The notes under the pieces were generated by a model that was given only the letters and a program-made list of their open reading frames with translations, was not told where the DNA came from and ran no database searches. This document shows, one piece after another, positions 9,777 through 17,828 of a DNA stretch of 29,577 nucleotides. The stretch is from a candidate division WOR-3 bacterium. GTDB lineage: Bacteria; Hydrothermota; Tepidihabitantia; Tepidihabitantales; Tepidihabitantaceae. The stretch is from assembly GCA_965648935.1 (NCBI GenBank), contig CBFGIY010000024.1, positions 1-29,577 on the forward strand, given 5' to 3'. How positions within the stretch are numbered: the stretch's first letter is position 1; each line of letters starts with the position of its first letter. The position numbers and the translations under genes are program-made.

Positions 9777-11198
9777 TCATGACCCGTTGGCCCGCTGCTG
9801 GTAGCGCCGTGCGAAATCGGCGATGCCGCGGCTGATGCCCTCGGCCAGCTTTTCGCGGTGGTCGGCGCGCCCCAGCAGTTTCTCCTCGCTCTGGTTGGAA
9901 AGAAAACCCAGCTCGACAAGCACGGCCGGCGAGAAGATGTTGCGCAGCACATAGAAGTTGGCCTGGCGCACACCGCGGTCCATCACCCGAGCGTGGCTGA
10001 CCGTGGCCTCCTGGATGCGCTGGGCCAGCTCGCTCGACTCGTGCAGGTACTCATTCTGGGCCAGATCGGCCAGTATCATCTCGAGGTCATCGGTCATCAC
10101 CTTTCCGGGATCGGCATCCAGCTCGACGACCGCGTTCTCGCGCGCCGCGACCGCGCGCTCCCAGTCGGTCTTGGCCTCGGAAAGGAAATAGGTCTCAAAC
10201 CCGTTGGCCTGCCGGTTGGGCGAACCGTTGACGTGAACGCTGACGAACAGGTCGGCCCGTGTCCGGGAAGCGCACTTCGCGCGGTCCCCCAGCGCGCAAT
10301 ACTGCCCTGAGTCGCGGGTCATCGTCACCTCGAAACCGGCGGCCTCGAGCTTGCGCTTGAGCCGGCGGGCCACATCCATTGCAACGTGCTGTTCCTGGAG
10401 CCCGGTGCGGCCCACCGCGCCCGGATCGGTACCGCCGTGTCCCGGGTCGAGCAGGATGCGCTTGATGCTGCGTTCGGGCAGGGGCCAGGTCACCACATCG
10501 ACCGCGTCGCCGCGCACAACCAGCCTGCCGCCGGTTGGCCTGCGGAAAGAGAAGTGCAGGCGCGTGCCTGCCCCGCTGTCGACCGTGACCCCGCGCAACG
10601 TCCCGGTGCCGGTCAGGCCGAGCAGGCGGGCCTGGCTGATGAAATCGGCGCGCGCCCGCGCGCCGAGGGTAACCCGGTACTCCAGGCTTGAAGGCCGCTC
10701 GGCAAGCGCGGTCACCGAATCGCGGTTCGTACCCCGGTCCAGCGCTATTGTCACGACCAGGGTCTCACCCCGGGTCGTCGTCGCTATTGAACGGACCGCC
10801 GCAGCCCCGGCATCGGGAAACAGCCCGGGCAGCGCGACGATCGGCAGCAGCAGGACACCGCTGTCCAGAACCGGCGGCGCCGGCAGGATGAGCTCGGCAG
10901 CACCGTGCAAAGCGCGAACGCTGTCCGGGCGGAACACATACTCATCACCGGGGTCGCGCTCATTGCCCGGCAGCACGATGAAGTAGCGGCCGTTGACTGC
11001 CCAATGCCTGCCGCCGAGCGCCGCGGCCAGCCGTCCGGCTTGCACGTACTCGACCCCGCCCACGGTCCGCTTGGGTATCTGCTGGCCGCCGATGCTCACG
11101 GGTCCGGCCACAGCCACGCCGGCGAACAAAAACAGCACCTTGGCCAGCGGGCAACACACGGCTCTGCGGAACCCTCGGTCGGTAATCAGCATTCTCAA
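9777..11198 (-). CDS. N-acetylmuramoyl-L-alanine amidase (Amidase_3, AmiC-like)
   Basis: Signal-like N-terminus, LDPGHGG.DPGA, FVSVHVN, GFETY, QANFYVLR, AVLVELGFLSN. Start 11198 (TTG) or 11192 (ATG). Confidence 0.92.
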   Translation of the reverse strand: MRMLITDRGFRRAVCCPLAKVLFLFAGVAVAGPVSIGGQQIPKRTVGGVEYVQAGRLAAALGGRHWAVNGRYFIVLPGNERDPGDEYVFRPDSVRALHGAAELILPAPPVLDSGVLLLPIVALPGLFPDAGAAAVRSIATTTRGETLVVTIALDRGTNRDSVTALAERPSSLEYRVTLGARARADFISQARLLGLTGTGTLRGVTVDSGAGTRLHFSFRRPTGGRLVVRGDAVDVVTWPLPERSIKRILLDPGHGGTDPGAVGRTGLQEQHVAMDVARRLKRKLEAAGFEVTMTRDSGQYCALGDRAKCASRTRADLFVSVHVNGSPNRQANGFETYFLSEAKTDWERAVAARENAVVELDADPGKVMTDDLEMILADLAQNEYLHESSELAQRIQEATVSHARVMDRGVRQANFYVLRNIFSPAVLVELGFLSNQSEEKLLGRADHREKLAEGISRGIADFARRYQQRANGS

Positions 11199-11644
11199 CG
11201 GCGCCTCCCGGCTTCCAGCCGGTCATCCCGGTCCATTGCCCGGCGCTTGAGGTCTTCCCGCCGGTCAATAAGCTTCTTGCCCCGACACAGGGCCAGCTCG
11301 ACCTTGGCCAGTCCGCGGGCATTGAAGTAGATCTTCATCGGTATGAGAGTGTAGCCGCGCAACTGGGTCTTGCCGTACAACCGCTTGATCTCGTCGGCGT
11401 GCAACAACAGGCGACGGCGCCGTTTCGGAGCGTGGTTGAAGATGTTGCCTTGGGCATAAGGTGCGATGTTCACGTCATTCAGCCAGACCTGGTCGTTCTC
11501 GATGGCGGCATACCCCTCATCCAAGGAAACACCGCCTGACCGCAACGATTTGACCTCGGTTCCGAGCAACTCGATGCCGGCCTCGTAACGCTCGAACACT
11601 GCATAGTCGCGCAGGGCTTTCCGATTGGTAGCGACCGGCTTCAT
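11195..11644 (-). CDS. smpB: SsrA-binding protein SmpB
   Basis: ATNRKALRDY...EAGIELLGTEVKSLR, RRLLLH..EI, KVELALCRGKK..DRR. True start is ATG 11644. Confidence 0.97.
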   Translation of the reverse strand: MKPVATNRKALRDYAVFERYEAGIELLGTEVKSLRSGGVSLDEGYAAIENDQVWLNDVNIAPYAQGNIFNHAPKRRRRLLLHADEIKRLYGKTQLRGYTLIPMKIYFNARGLAKVELALCRGKKLIDRREDLKRRAMDRDDRLEAGRRR

Positions 11645-11651
11645 CTTTAGG

Positions 11652-11679
11652 ATTATAAGGCTCTGCCTGACCCCGTCAA
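11652..11679 (-). promoter_or_regulatory. sigma70 promoter of the smpB gene run (probably leaderless)
   Basis: TTGACG(11679-11674)-N16-TATAAT(11657-11652), 7 nt upstream of the smpB ATG, with no SD sequence. Confidence 0.75.
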
Positions 11680-11746
11680 CGCTGCTGCGACAGCAAGGCG
11701 AAGCCGGGTGCGTGCTCAATCAGCATACTGCGACAATCTCAGAAGC

Positions 11747-11781
11747 GCGCCCGGCCACGTGGCTTATGCGTGGCCGGGCGC
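11747..11781 (-). terminator. 13-bp-stem hairpin, probable terminator of the small sigma54 transcript
   Basis: GCGCCCGGCCACG / CGTGGCCGGGCGC perfect stem with a 9-nt loop. Only a weak U tract (GCUUCU) follows on the minus strand. Confidence 0.6.
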
Positions 11782-11784
11782 TGT

Positions 11785-11814
11785 GCTGGTCACGCGACTG
11801 AGCCGCGAACCAGC
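11785..11814 (-). other. Second stem-loop in the 3' part of the small transcript
   Basis: Minus strand GCUGGU-U-CGCGGC-UCA-GUCGCG-UG-ACCAGC folds into a bulged hairpin. Confidence 0.5.
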
Positions 11815-11824
11815 CTTCCGTCCG

Positions 11825-11881
11825 TTACCTGGGTGGTCCTGTAATCGGTCTAGGACGCGGTAGGATCGGGATTCCGTCCAT
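11825..11881 (-). CDS. 18-aa proline/arginine-rich micro-peptide MDGIPILPRPRPITGPPR (not in ORF track)
   Basis: ATG 11881 to TAA 11825, read codon by codon. GGAGG at 11892-11888 with a 6-nt spacer, sigma54 promoter upstream, hairpins downstream. Confidence 0.6.
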   Translation of the reverse strand: MDGIPILPRPRPITGPPR

Positions 11882-11915
11882 TTCAGACCTCCGTTTAGCT
11901 AAACAAGCTGTCTAG

Positions 11916-11933
11916 TGCAAGATTGATGCCCAA
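11916..11933 (-). promoter_or_regulatory. sigma54 (RpoN) -24/-12 promoter
   Basis: TTGGGCATCAATCTTGCA: GG(11930-11929)-N10-GC(11918-11917) with TTGCA, close to consensus TGGCAC-N5-TTGCW. Lies directly downstream of a GAFTGA activator gene. Predicted TSS about 11905. Confidence 0.8.
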
Positions 11934-11977
11934 GCCAAACACCCGGGCTAAGTTACGTATCATAGCTGTTTACGTAC

Positions 11978-12423
11978 TGCGACGGAACCTGTCGCACAGG
12001 GAACGCGCATGAGGGCAAGTCGCGGCGGAACGCAAGCTGTCTGATAACTATTGTCCATATTGCAACTTGCAGACGCGACCGAAACTGCGGCCTGCGCCCT
12101 GTTCCGATGCCAGTTTGAGCGCTCAGGAAGGTGTCGAGTGATGCTGAATCAAGTACCAAGTTCTGCAAACGAGCCACATCAGAGGCCCGTTCGGACACGA
12201 CATTGACTGCCTCTGCGATAGCGAAGAAGGGATGTCGCAGTAACAGGGCACGGACGCGTTGTCAGTCTTAGTGCGACAATTGCTCGGCCCCGCGAATCCC
12301 CCGTGCGACAGGGGCAAGGTGAGCAGATGGGCTACTTAGCTTGTGTACGACCGAAGGTCTGGAATCGACACGCGGGTTTGCAGTTCAGTTGCCGGAGATG
12401 GCGTCCGCGACGCAGGTGCGACA
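11978..12423. promoter_or_regulatory. Cluster of TGCGACA/TGTCGCA motifs, candidate upstream activator sequences
   Basis: Inverted pair TGCGAC-N7-GTCGCA at 11978-11996, TGTCGCA at 12233-12239, TGCGACA at 12272-12278, 12304-12310 and 12417-12423. Confidence 0.6.
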
Positions 12424-12440
12424 GAAGAATGGCCTGTCCG

Positions 12441-15400
12441 CTAGGTCAGATTCATGCGTTCGATGTGATAGCGACGGATAAGACGCTGCAACTGGCGACG
12501 GTGTGTCTGGAGTAGCTCTGCCGCCTTGCTGACGTTGCCTCCTGTTTCCTTGAGGGCGGCTATGACCTGATCCTTTTCCAGAACGCGACGGCGGCCGTTG
12601 TCTCCCGTAGTCTCATCGGCGAGACTCTGGAACTGCTCGCCCAGGTCCTCAATGCCTATGCGCTTGTTCTGGGTCATGATGACGGCCCGCTCGATCACGT
12701 TCTGGAACTCCCTGACATTGCCCGGCCAGGAGTAGTTCGCGAATGCCTTGAGTACCTGATCGTCGAAACCCGAAACAGGCTTGTTGAGCTGGACCGAGTA
12801 GCGCTTGACGAAGTAGTTCGCGAGCTGCGGTATGTCCGATGTGCGCTTGCGCAGAGGCGGCACATCGATTGCAACGACGTTCATCCGGTAGAACAGGTCC
12901 TGCCGGAACCGCCCCTCGCGCACGTCCCGTTCAAGGTCCCGATTGGTCGCGCATATCAGCCGCACGTCGACCCGCCGAATCTGAGTTTCGCCCACCCGGC
13001 GGATGACCTTGTCTTCCAGCACGGCGAGCAGTTTGGCCTGCACGCTCAACGAGGTGTTCGATATCTCATCAAGGAAGATCGTGCCGCCGTCAGCGGTCTC
13101 GAACAGCCCTTCCTTGTCCTTCACCGCGCCGGTGAACGCCCCGCGAACATGCCCGAAAAGCTCCGACTCCAGCAATGTCTCGGTAAGCGTGCCGCAGTCA
13201 ACCGAAACGAACCTCTTACCCCGGCGTCCGCTCTTGGAGTGAATCAGGCGGGCGATGACGCCCTTGCCCGTGCCGGTCTCGCCGGTCAGCAGCACCGTGG
13301 CATCGGACGGCCCGATGCGCTCGATCAGGCGATAGACCTCCTGAATCGCCTTGGACCGGCCAAGGAAGCATCCTGTCGCTGCATCTTCGAGGATGTCGGC
13401 CCGCACCGCGCTCATGTCGTCCTGCAGCTTCTTGAACGCCACCGACCGATCAATCGTGGCGGCGAGCAGGTTCGAAACCGACGTCAGCAGGTTCTTGTCC
13501 TCTTCCAGGAACAGGTGGGCGTTCACCCGGCTGTCGAGGTAGATGGTGCCGATGACCTTGTCCTCGTTGCGCAGCGGCACGCACAGAAGCGACCGTATCT
13601 TGTTCAGCATCACGCTGTTCGACATCGAAAAACGCGAGTCCGAGCTGGCATCGCCGGCGATGATCAGCTCGCCCCGACGCTTGACCTTCTGCAGAACCGA
13701 ACGGGATATCGACTCCGCATCCTCCAGGGTCGCCTTGTCGACGCCGCGCTGCGCCGCTGGCACCAGCCGGTTCTCGTTGACCAGGAACAGCAGACCGCGC
13801 TCGGCGCGCGTCACCTCGATGATAAGGTCAAGGATGCGCTCGGCGAAATCGTCCTTTTCGAGGTCCATGCTGATGAGCTCGCTGAGGTTATAGAACACCT
13901 TCAGGTACTCGCCCCGTTCTTTGGCCTTGAGCTGGATCGTCGCGGAAACCTGGGTAACGCGGTTCATCAGCTCGTCGGCCCGCTGCGCATCGCCGCGCGC
14001 CCCCAGGGTGCGGAACAGGTTTTGCGCCTCGCGCAGGTTGTCGATCGCCTCGTTGATTTCCCGCTGCGGCACGGGCCGGAAAGAGAACGATATCTTGAAC
14101 AGGTCGACACCCGAATCGCTCCGACTCTGCTTGGTCAGTGCCTGAACCGAAGCCATCAGCGAGAGCGCCAGCTCGTACTGCGACCCCCGCTCGCGCAGCA
14201 GCTCGATGCTGCGTCGCACCTCCTGGGTGCCGCGCTCGGTCAGGTCGAGCACGCAATTCGCCAGGCCGGAAACGCGCAGCGCCACTGCGTACTCCTTCGA
14301 ACCGGGCTGGTCGTTCAGCAGCCGCAGCGCGCGCACCGCATCAGCTGCGGCCCGCCGGGCATCATCCGTAGCCAGGCGCAGCTCGGCGGCAAGCGTGTAC
14401 AGCACGGCCAGGTTGCGGGCATTGCGCTCGCGCCGCGCGATGCCGAACGCCGCGGCGAGTTCACGCCGCGCGACATCGAACCGCTCGGCACGCAGGCCCA
14501 GGCGGGCCCGGCCGACTGCAAGATGCAGTTGCAGTCCGGGGTCGGCCACGCGCGCGGTCAGACCGGCCGCGGTATCGAGCAGACGCTCGGCCTCGGTCTG
14601 GTCACCCTGCTTGGAACGCAGCTCGGCGAGGTTGGCCAGCGCGACCGCCCGGTCTGCCGGGCGCGGCTGGACTAGCCGTTCGTGCAGCGCGAGCGCGGCC
14701 GCGTAGTGAGCGTCGGCCGCGGCCCAGTCGCCACGTTCGTCGCACACCGTGCCGAGATTGCTGTTCAGGTCGGCCATCGTCGCGCTGTCGCCCATCCGTT
14801 CGGCATAGCCCAGCGCCTCGGCGAAGCAATCGTAGGCCTTCGCCCAGGTACCCTCTTCGAGGTAGATCACGCCCAGGCCGTGCAGCGAATGCATCAGGAA
14901 ATCGACATCGCCCGACCTGCGCTGGGTCGCAAGCTGCCGCTCGTAGTACTCCCGCGCCTTGTCGGCCGAACCCCGCTGCAGCCAGAGCGTCGCGATGAAC
15001 TGACTCACCTTGCCGGTGTTGTGGTCGTCGCCGCGCGATTCGTACATCGCCAGGCTGCGCTCGGCGAGCTGCAGTGCCAGCACCCGGTCGCGCCGCGCCG
15101 CGGCCAGCACGCTGAAGTAGTACAGCGTCCGGGCCGATAGCTCGCCGTACTGCGCCGACTTCTGGTGGCGCAGCTTCTCGACCAGCTGCAGCGACTGGGT
15201 GAGCAGATCCTCGGCCCTGTCGAACTCGCCCGCGACGCAGTGCGACCAGCCGAGATCGTTGAGCAGATTGATGTGGGCGACCGAGCCCTTCTCGCGCAGC
15301 ATCGACAGCGCCTGGTTGAAAAAGCTTATCGCCTCGGCGTTCTTGTCCTGCTTCTGGTGCACCGTGCCGAGCCGGCGCAGGAACCGGGCCAGAAGCAGGC

Positions 15401-17684
15401 TGTCCGCGGCCAGGTCCCGGTCCGACACGACGATGCTCATCCCCTGCTTGAAGCTGTCGATCGCCTCGGGGAACCGGCCGGTGAGCTCGCGCAGTGACCC
15501 GACCGTCTCGATCAGCTCGGCCTTCTCGCGCGCCGACGGAATCTGGGCGGGCAGAGCCAGCGCCGCTTCGTAGAACGCCAGCGCCTGCTCCCAGAGCTGG
15601 AATTCGCGCGCCCGCTGACCGGCCTTGATCGAGTAGGCGTAGGCCCGGTCGCTGATACCGGCCTGGCCGTAGTGGTGCGCCAGGTCAAACAAGAGCCGGT
15701 CCTGCTTCTCCGGATACAGCAGCTCCAGTGCCAGGGCGACGCGCCGGTGGCAGTCACGCCGCTGCTCGACGCTCTGACCCTCGGTCAGCACGGCCTCGAG
15801 TATCTTGCTGGCGATGATGAAGCAGCCCTCGCCTTCGCTGGCGTAACTGCGCAGCAGGCCGAGCGCCTTGAGCCGGCCGATCGCCGAGAACAGCGTCTTC
15901 TCCTCGATCCCGAGCACGGCGCGCAGGAATTCGAGAGTGAAAGGCCCGGCCGCGGCTGCGCCCACCCGCAGTATCTCCAGCTCGTCGTCGGCGAGCTTCG
16001 CGAGACGGTCGCGCACGACGTCGGTGACCGTCGCCGGCACGCGGTACGCCTCGAGCTCGTCCAGATTAAGCACCCAGCGCGTGCCGCGCTGGCTGAGTAT
16101 CTCCTTCTCGATGAGCGCGTGCACGGTCTCGATAACGAACAGCGGATTGCCGCCGGTCACGCTCACCAGCCACTCGACAAGCCTGTCGGCGTAGGTCACA
16201 TCGCCGAGCAGCGAGCCGACGAGCGAGCGAACCTCGTCTGCCTCCATCGGCGGCAGGACGATGTGACGGAAGCACTCGCGCCGCTCGAACTCGGCGATGA
16301 GGTCGATGAACCGCTTCTCTTTGAGCCCGGCCACGGCGACCAGCAGCCGCTCGCCGCCGAGGCTGAAAACGAGGTAGCGGAGAAACTCAAGACTGCTCGG
16401 GTCGAACGATTCAAAATCGTCGACCAGCAATACGAGGCTGTGCTCGACGCGGTCGGAATCGCACAGCTCTTTGAGCCGCTGAGTCACGGTTTCGAAAACC
16501 CGGTACTTGCTCTCTTCAGATGCGCCCTCGGCCCAGCCGTCGGCCCCGGGCAGGGGCAGGGCACCGGGCGAGTGGATGCGCAGGTGGCTGATCAGCGCCT
16601 CGACCAGCGACTGGGGCCGGGCGCCGAGCGATACCGGTTCGAACCGCAACAGCGTCGCGCCCTCAAGCTGGGCGAGGAATCGGAACTCGGACAGCAGCCG
16701 GCTCTTGCCGACGCCGCGCTCGCCCGATATGCATACTGCGCCGGCCTTCCCCTTGCCGGCGGCATCGAGCAACTCCCTGAGCTGGTCGATCTGGGCCGTG
16801 CGCCCGACGAAGCCCGGCGCCATCAGGTAACGGCGCGTGCCGGTTGGCACTGCCTCGGGCGCCTTGCCGGCCAGCATCTCGATCACCGCTGCGGCAGAAC
16901 GCGGTCGGCGCTCCGGCTCGCGCCGGGTGAGCGCGACCAGCAGCGACTCGAGCGTTTCCGGTATGTCGGGGTTGATCTTGCGTGGTGGCTCGAGGTCGGT
17001 GTGGTACTGCATCTTGAGCCAGTTGCGCAGGTTCTTTTCCCGGCTCGGCCCGAACCCGGTGAGGATCTCGTAGAGCACGATGCCCAGCGAGTAGAGGTCG
17101 GCGCGGGCATCCGCGTCGCCGCCCTTGAACACCTCCGGCGCGATATAGCCGAGCGTGCCGCGCGGCTCAGTGCCATCGGCCAGCGACACCTGCTCGGCGA
17201 AGCCGAAATCGAGCAGCTTGGTCTCGCAGCGGTCGTCGGTCTCGCGCACGAGTATGTTTTGCGGCTTGAGGTCGCAGTGAATCAGGCCCTGTGCGTGGAT
17301 GCTGTCAAGTGCCTGGAGCACCTGCACCGCGACCGCGATCAGCGTCTCGATGTTCCGGCTGCCGGAGAAGAAGGCAGTCACCGGCACGCCGGGGAAATGC
17401 TCCATCGTGAAGAACGGCCGGTGGTCCGGGGTCGAGCCAAAATCGTGCACCGTGACGATGCCAGTATGAGAGAAGCGCGACAGGTAGTAGAACTCGCGGC
17501 TCAACCGGGTTTCGGCCTCGCGCGGTGCGCCCGAAATCAGGGTCTTCAGCGCCAGGACCCTGCCGCCGACAATGTCCTTGACTTTGTAGACCTCGGTTGC
17601 CTCACCGCTGCCCAGACGCTCCAGCACCTGGTAACGGTCGGCTATCAGTTGGCCGGGCTGAAAAGATCCTTCATGCGTCAACAC
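12441..17684 (-). CDS. Multidomain sigma54 enhancer-binding protein: Ser/Thr kinase - STAND-type ATPase - TPR repeats - GAF - sigma54 AAA+ - Fis-type HTH
   Basis: Kinase: LALK, HCDLKPQN, DFG, GTLGYIAPE. ATPase: FVGR, GERGVGKS, LLVDD, GGNPLF. Long helical TPR region. GAF: SLLCVPL...GTIYLD. EBP: GETGTGK, ESELFGH..GAFTGA, FLDEI, FRQDLFYR, WPGNVRE. HTH: GGNVSKAAELL. Start set to in-frame GTG 17684 because the track start (17720) lies in a -35 box. Confidence 0.92.
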   Translation of the reverse strand: MLTHEGSFQPGQLIADRYQVLERLGSGEATEVYKVKDIVGGRVLALKTLISGAPREAETRLSREFYYLSRFSHTGIVTVHDFGSTPDHRPFFTMEHFPGVPVTAFFSGSRNIETLIAVAVQVLQALDSIHAQGLIHCDLKPQNILVRETDDRCETKLLDFGFAEQVSLADGTEPRGTLGYIAPEVFKGGDADARADLYSLGIVLYEILTGFGPSREKNLRNWLKMQYHTDLEPPRKINPDIPETLESLLVALTRREPERRPRSAAAVIEMLAGKAPEAVPTGTRRYLMAPGFVGRTAQIDQLRELLDAAGKGKAGAVCISGERGVGKSRLLSEFRFLAQLEGATLLRFEPVSLGARPQSLVEALISHLRIHSPGALPLPGADGWAEGASEESKYRVFETVTQRLKELCDSDRVEHSLVLLVDDFESFDPSSLEFLRYLVFSLGGERLLVAVAGLKEKRFIDLIAEFERRECFRHIVLPPMEADEVRSLVGSLLGDVTYADRLVEWLVSVTGGNPLFVIETVHALIEKEILSQRGTRWVLNLDELEAYRVPATVTDVVRDRLAKLADDELEILRVGAAAAGPFTLEFLRAVLGIEEKTLFSAIGRLKALGLLRSYASEGEGCFIIASKILEAVLTEGQSVEQRRDCHRRVALALELLYPEKQDRLLFDLAHHYGQAGISDRAYAYSIKAGQRAREFQLWEQALAFYEAALALPAQIPSAREKAELIETVGSLRELTGRFPEAIDSFKQGMSIVVSDRDLAADSLLLARFLRRLGTVHQKQDKNAEAISFFNQALSMLREKGSVAHINLLNDLGWSHCVAGEFDRAEDLLTQSLQLVEKLRHQKSAQYGELSARTLYYFSVLAAARRDRVLALQLAERSLAMYESRGDDHNTGKVSQFIATLWLQRGSADKAREYYERQLATQRRSGDVDFLMHSLHGLGVIYLEEGTWAKAYDCFAEALGYAERMGDSATMADLNSNLGTVCDERGDWAAADAHYAAALALHERLVQPRPADRAVALANLAELRSKQGDQTEAERLLDTAAGLTARVADPGLQLHLAVGRARLGLRAERFDVARRELAAAFGIARRERNARNLAVLYTLAAELRLATDDARRAAADAVRALRLLNDQPGSKEYAVALRVSGLANCVLDLTERGTQEVRRSIELLRERGSQYELALSLMASVQALTKQSRSDSGVDLFKISFSFRPVPQREINEAIDNLREAQNLFRTLGARGDAQRADELMNRVTQVSATIQLKAKERGEYLKVFYNLSELISMDLEKDDFAERILDLIIEVTRAERGLLFLVNENRLVPAAQRGVDKATLEDAESISRSVLQKVKRRGELIIAGDASSDSRFSMSNSVMLNKIRSLLCVPLRNEDKVIGTIYLDSRVNAHLFLEEDKNLLTSVSNLLAATIDRSVAFKKLQDDMSAVRADILEDAATGCFLGRSKAIQEVYRLIERIGPSDATVLLTGETGTGKGVIARLIHSKSGRRGKRFVSVDCGTLTETLLESELFGHVRGAFTGAVKDKEGLFETADGGTIFLDEISNTSLSVQAKLLAVLEDKVIRRVGETQIRRVDVRLICATNRDLERDVREGRFRQDLFYRMNVVAIDVPPLRKRTSDIPQLANYFVKRYSVQLNKPVSGFDDQVLKAFANYSWPGNVREFQNVIERAVIMTQNKRIGIEDLGEQFQSLADETTGDNGRRRVLEKDQVIAALKETGGNVSKAAELLQTHRRQLQRLIRRYHIERMNLT

Positions 17685-17692
17685 GATGGCCC

Positions 17693-17820
17693 AATATAAC
17701 CCGACCCGCCGCCTTGTCAACGCTGACTTATGGGGGCATGAATCCCTATATGATTCACTTCACTAAACTTACTTGCCGCCGACCGGCCCATTTGACTTGT
17801 CGCACCCCTCTCGCTAGAAT
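17693..17820. promoter_or_regulatory. Divergent sigma70 promoters for the activator (-) and yitT (+)
   Basis: Minus: TTGACA(17720-17715)-N16-TATATT(17698-17693). Plus: TTGACT(17792-17797)-N17-TAGAAT(17815-17820). Confidence 0.7.
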
Positions 17821-17828
17821 CGACCATC

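Noticed and set aside
11645..11719. N-terminal extension of SmpB
   Set aside because: It runs through the -10 and -35 boxes, and homology begins at MKPVATNRKA.
12040..12390. Additional sigma54 promoters at other TTGC sites
   Set aside because: The TTGC sites checked (near 12060, 12067, 12280, 12378) lack GG at the required distance.
11686..12423. CRISPR array or tandem repeat from the recurring TGCGACA
   Set aside because: The unit is only 7 bp, spacing is irregular, both orientations occur, and there are no cas genes.
11700..12440. tmRNA (ssrA) next to smpB
   Set aside because: No GGGG 5' end paired with a T-arm/CCA 3' end and no tag frame ending in Ala-Ala on either strand.
11953..12515. 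Track ORFs 11953-12198, 12123-12317 and 12303-12515
   Set aside because: No RBS or recognisable motifs, and they overlap the candidate activator sites.
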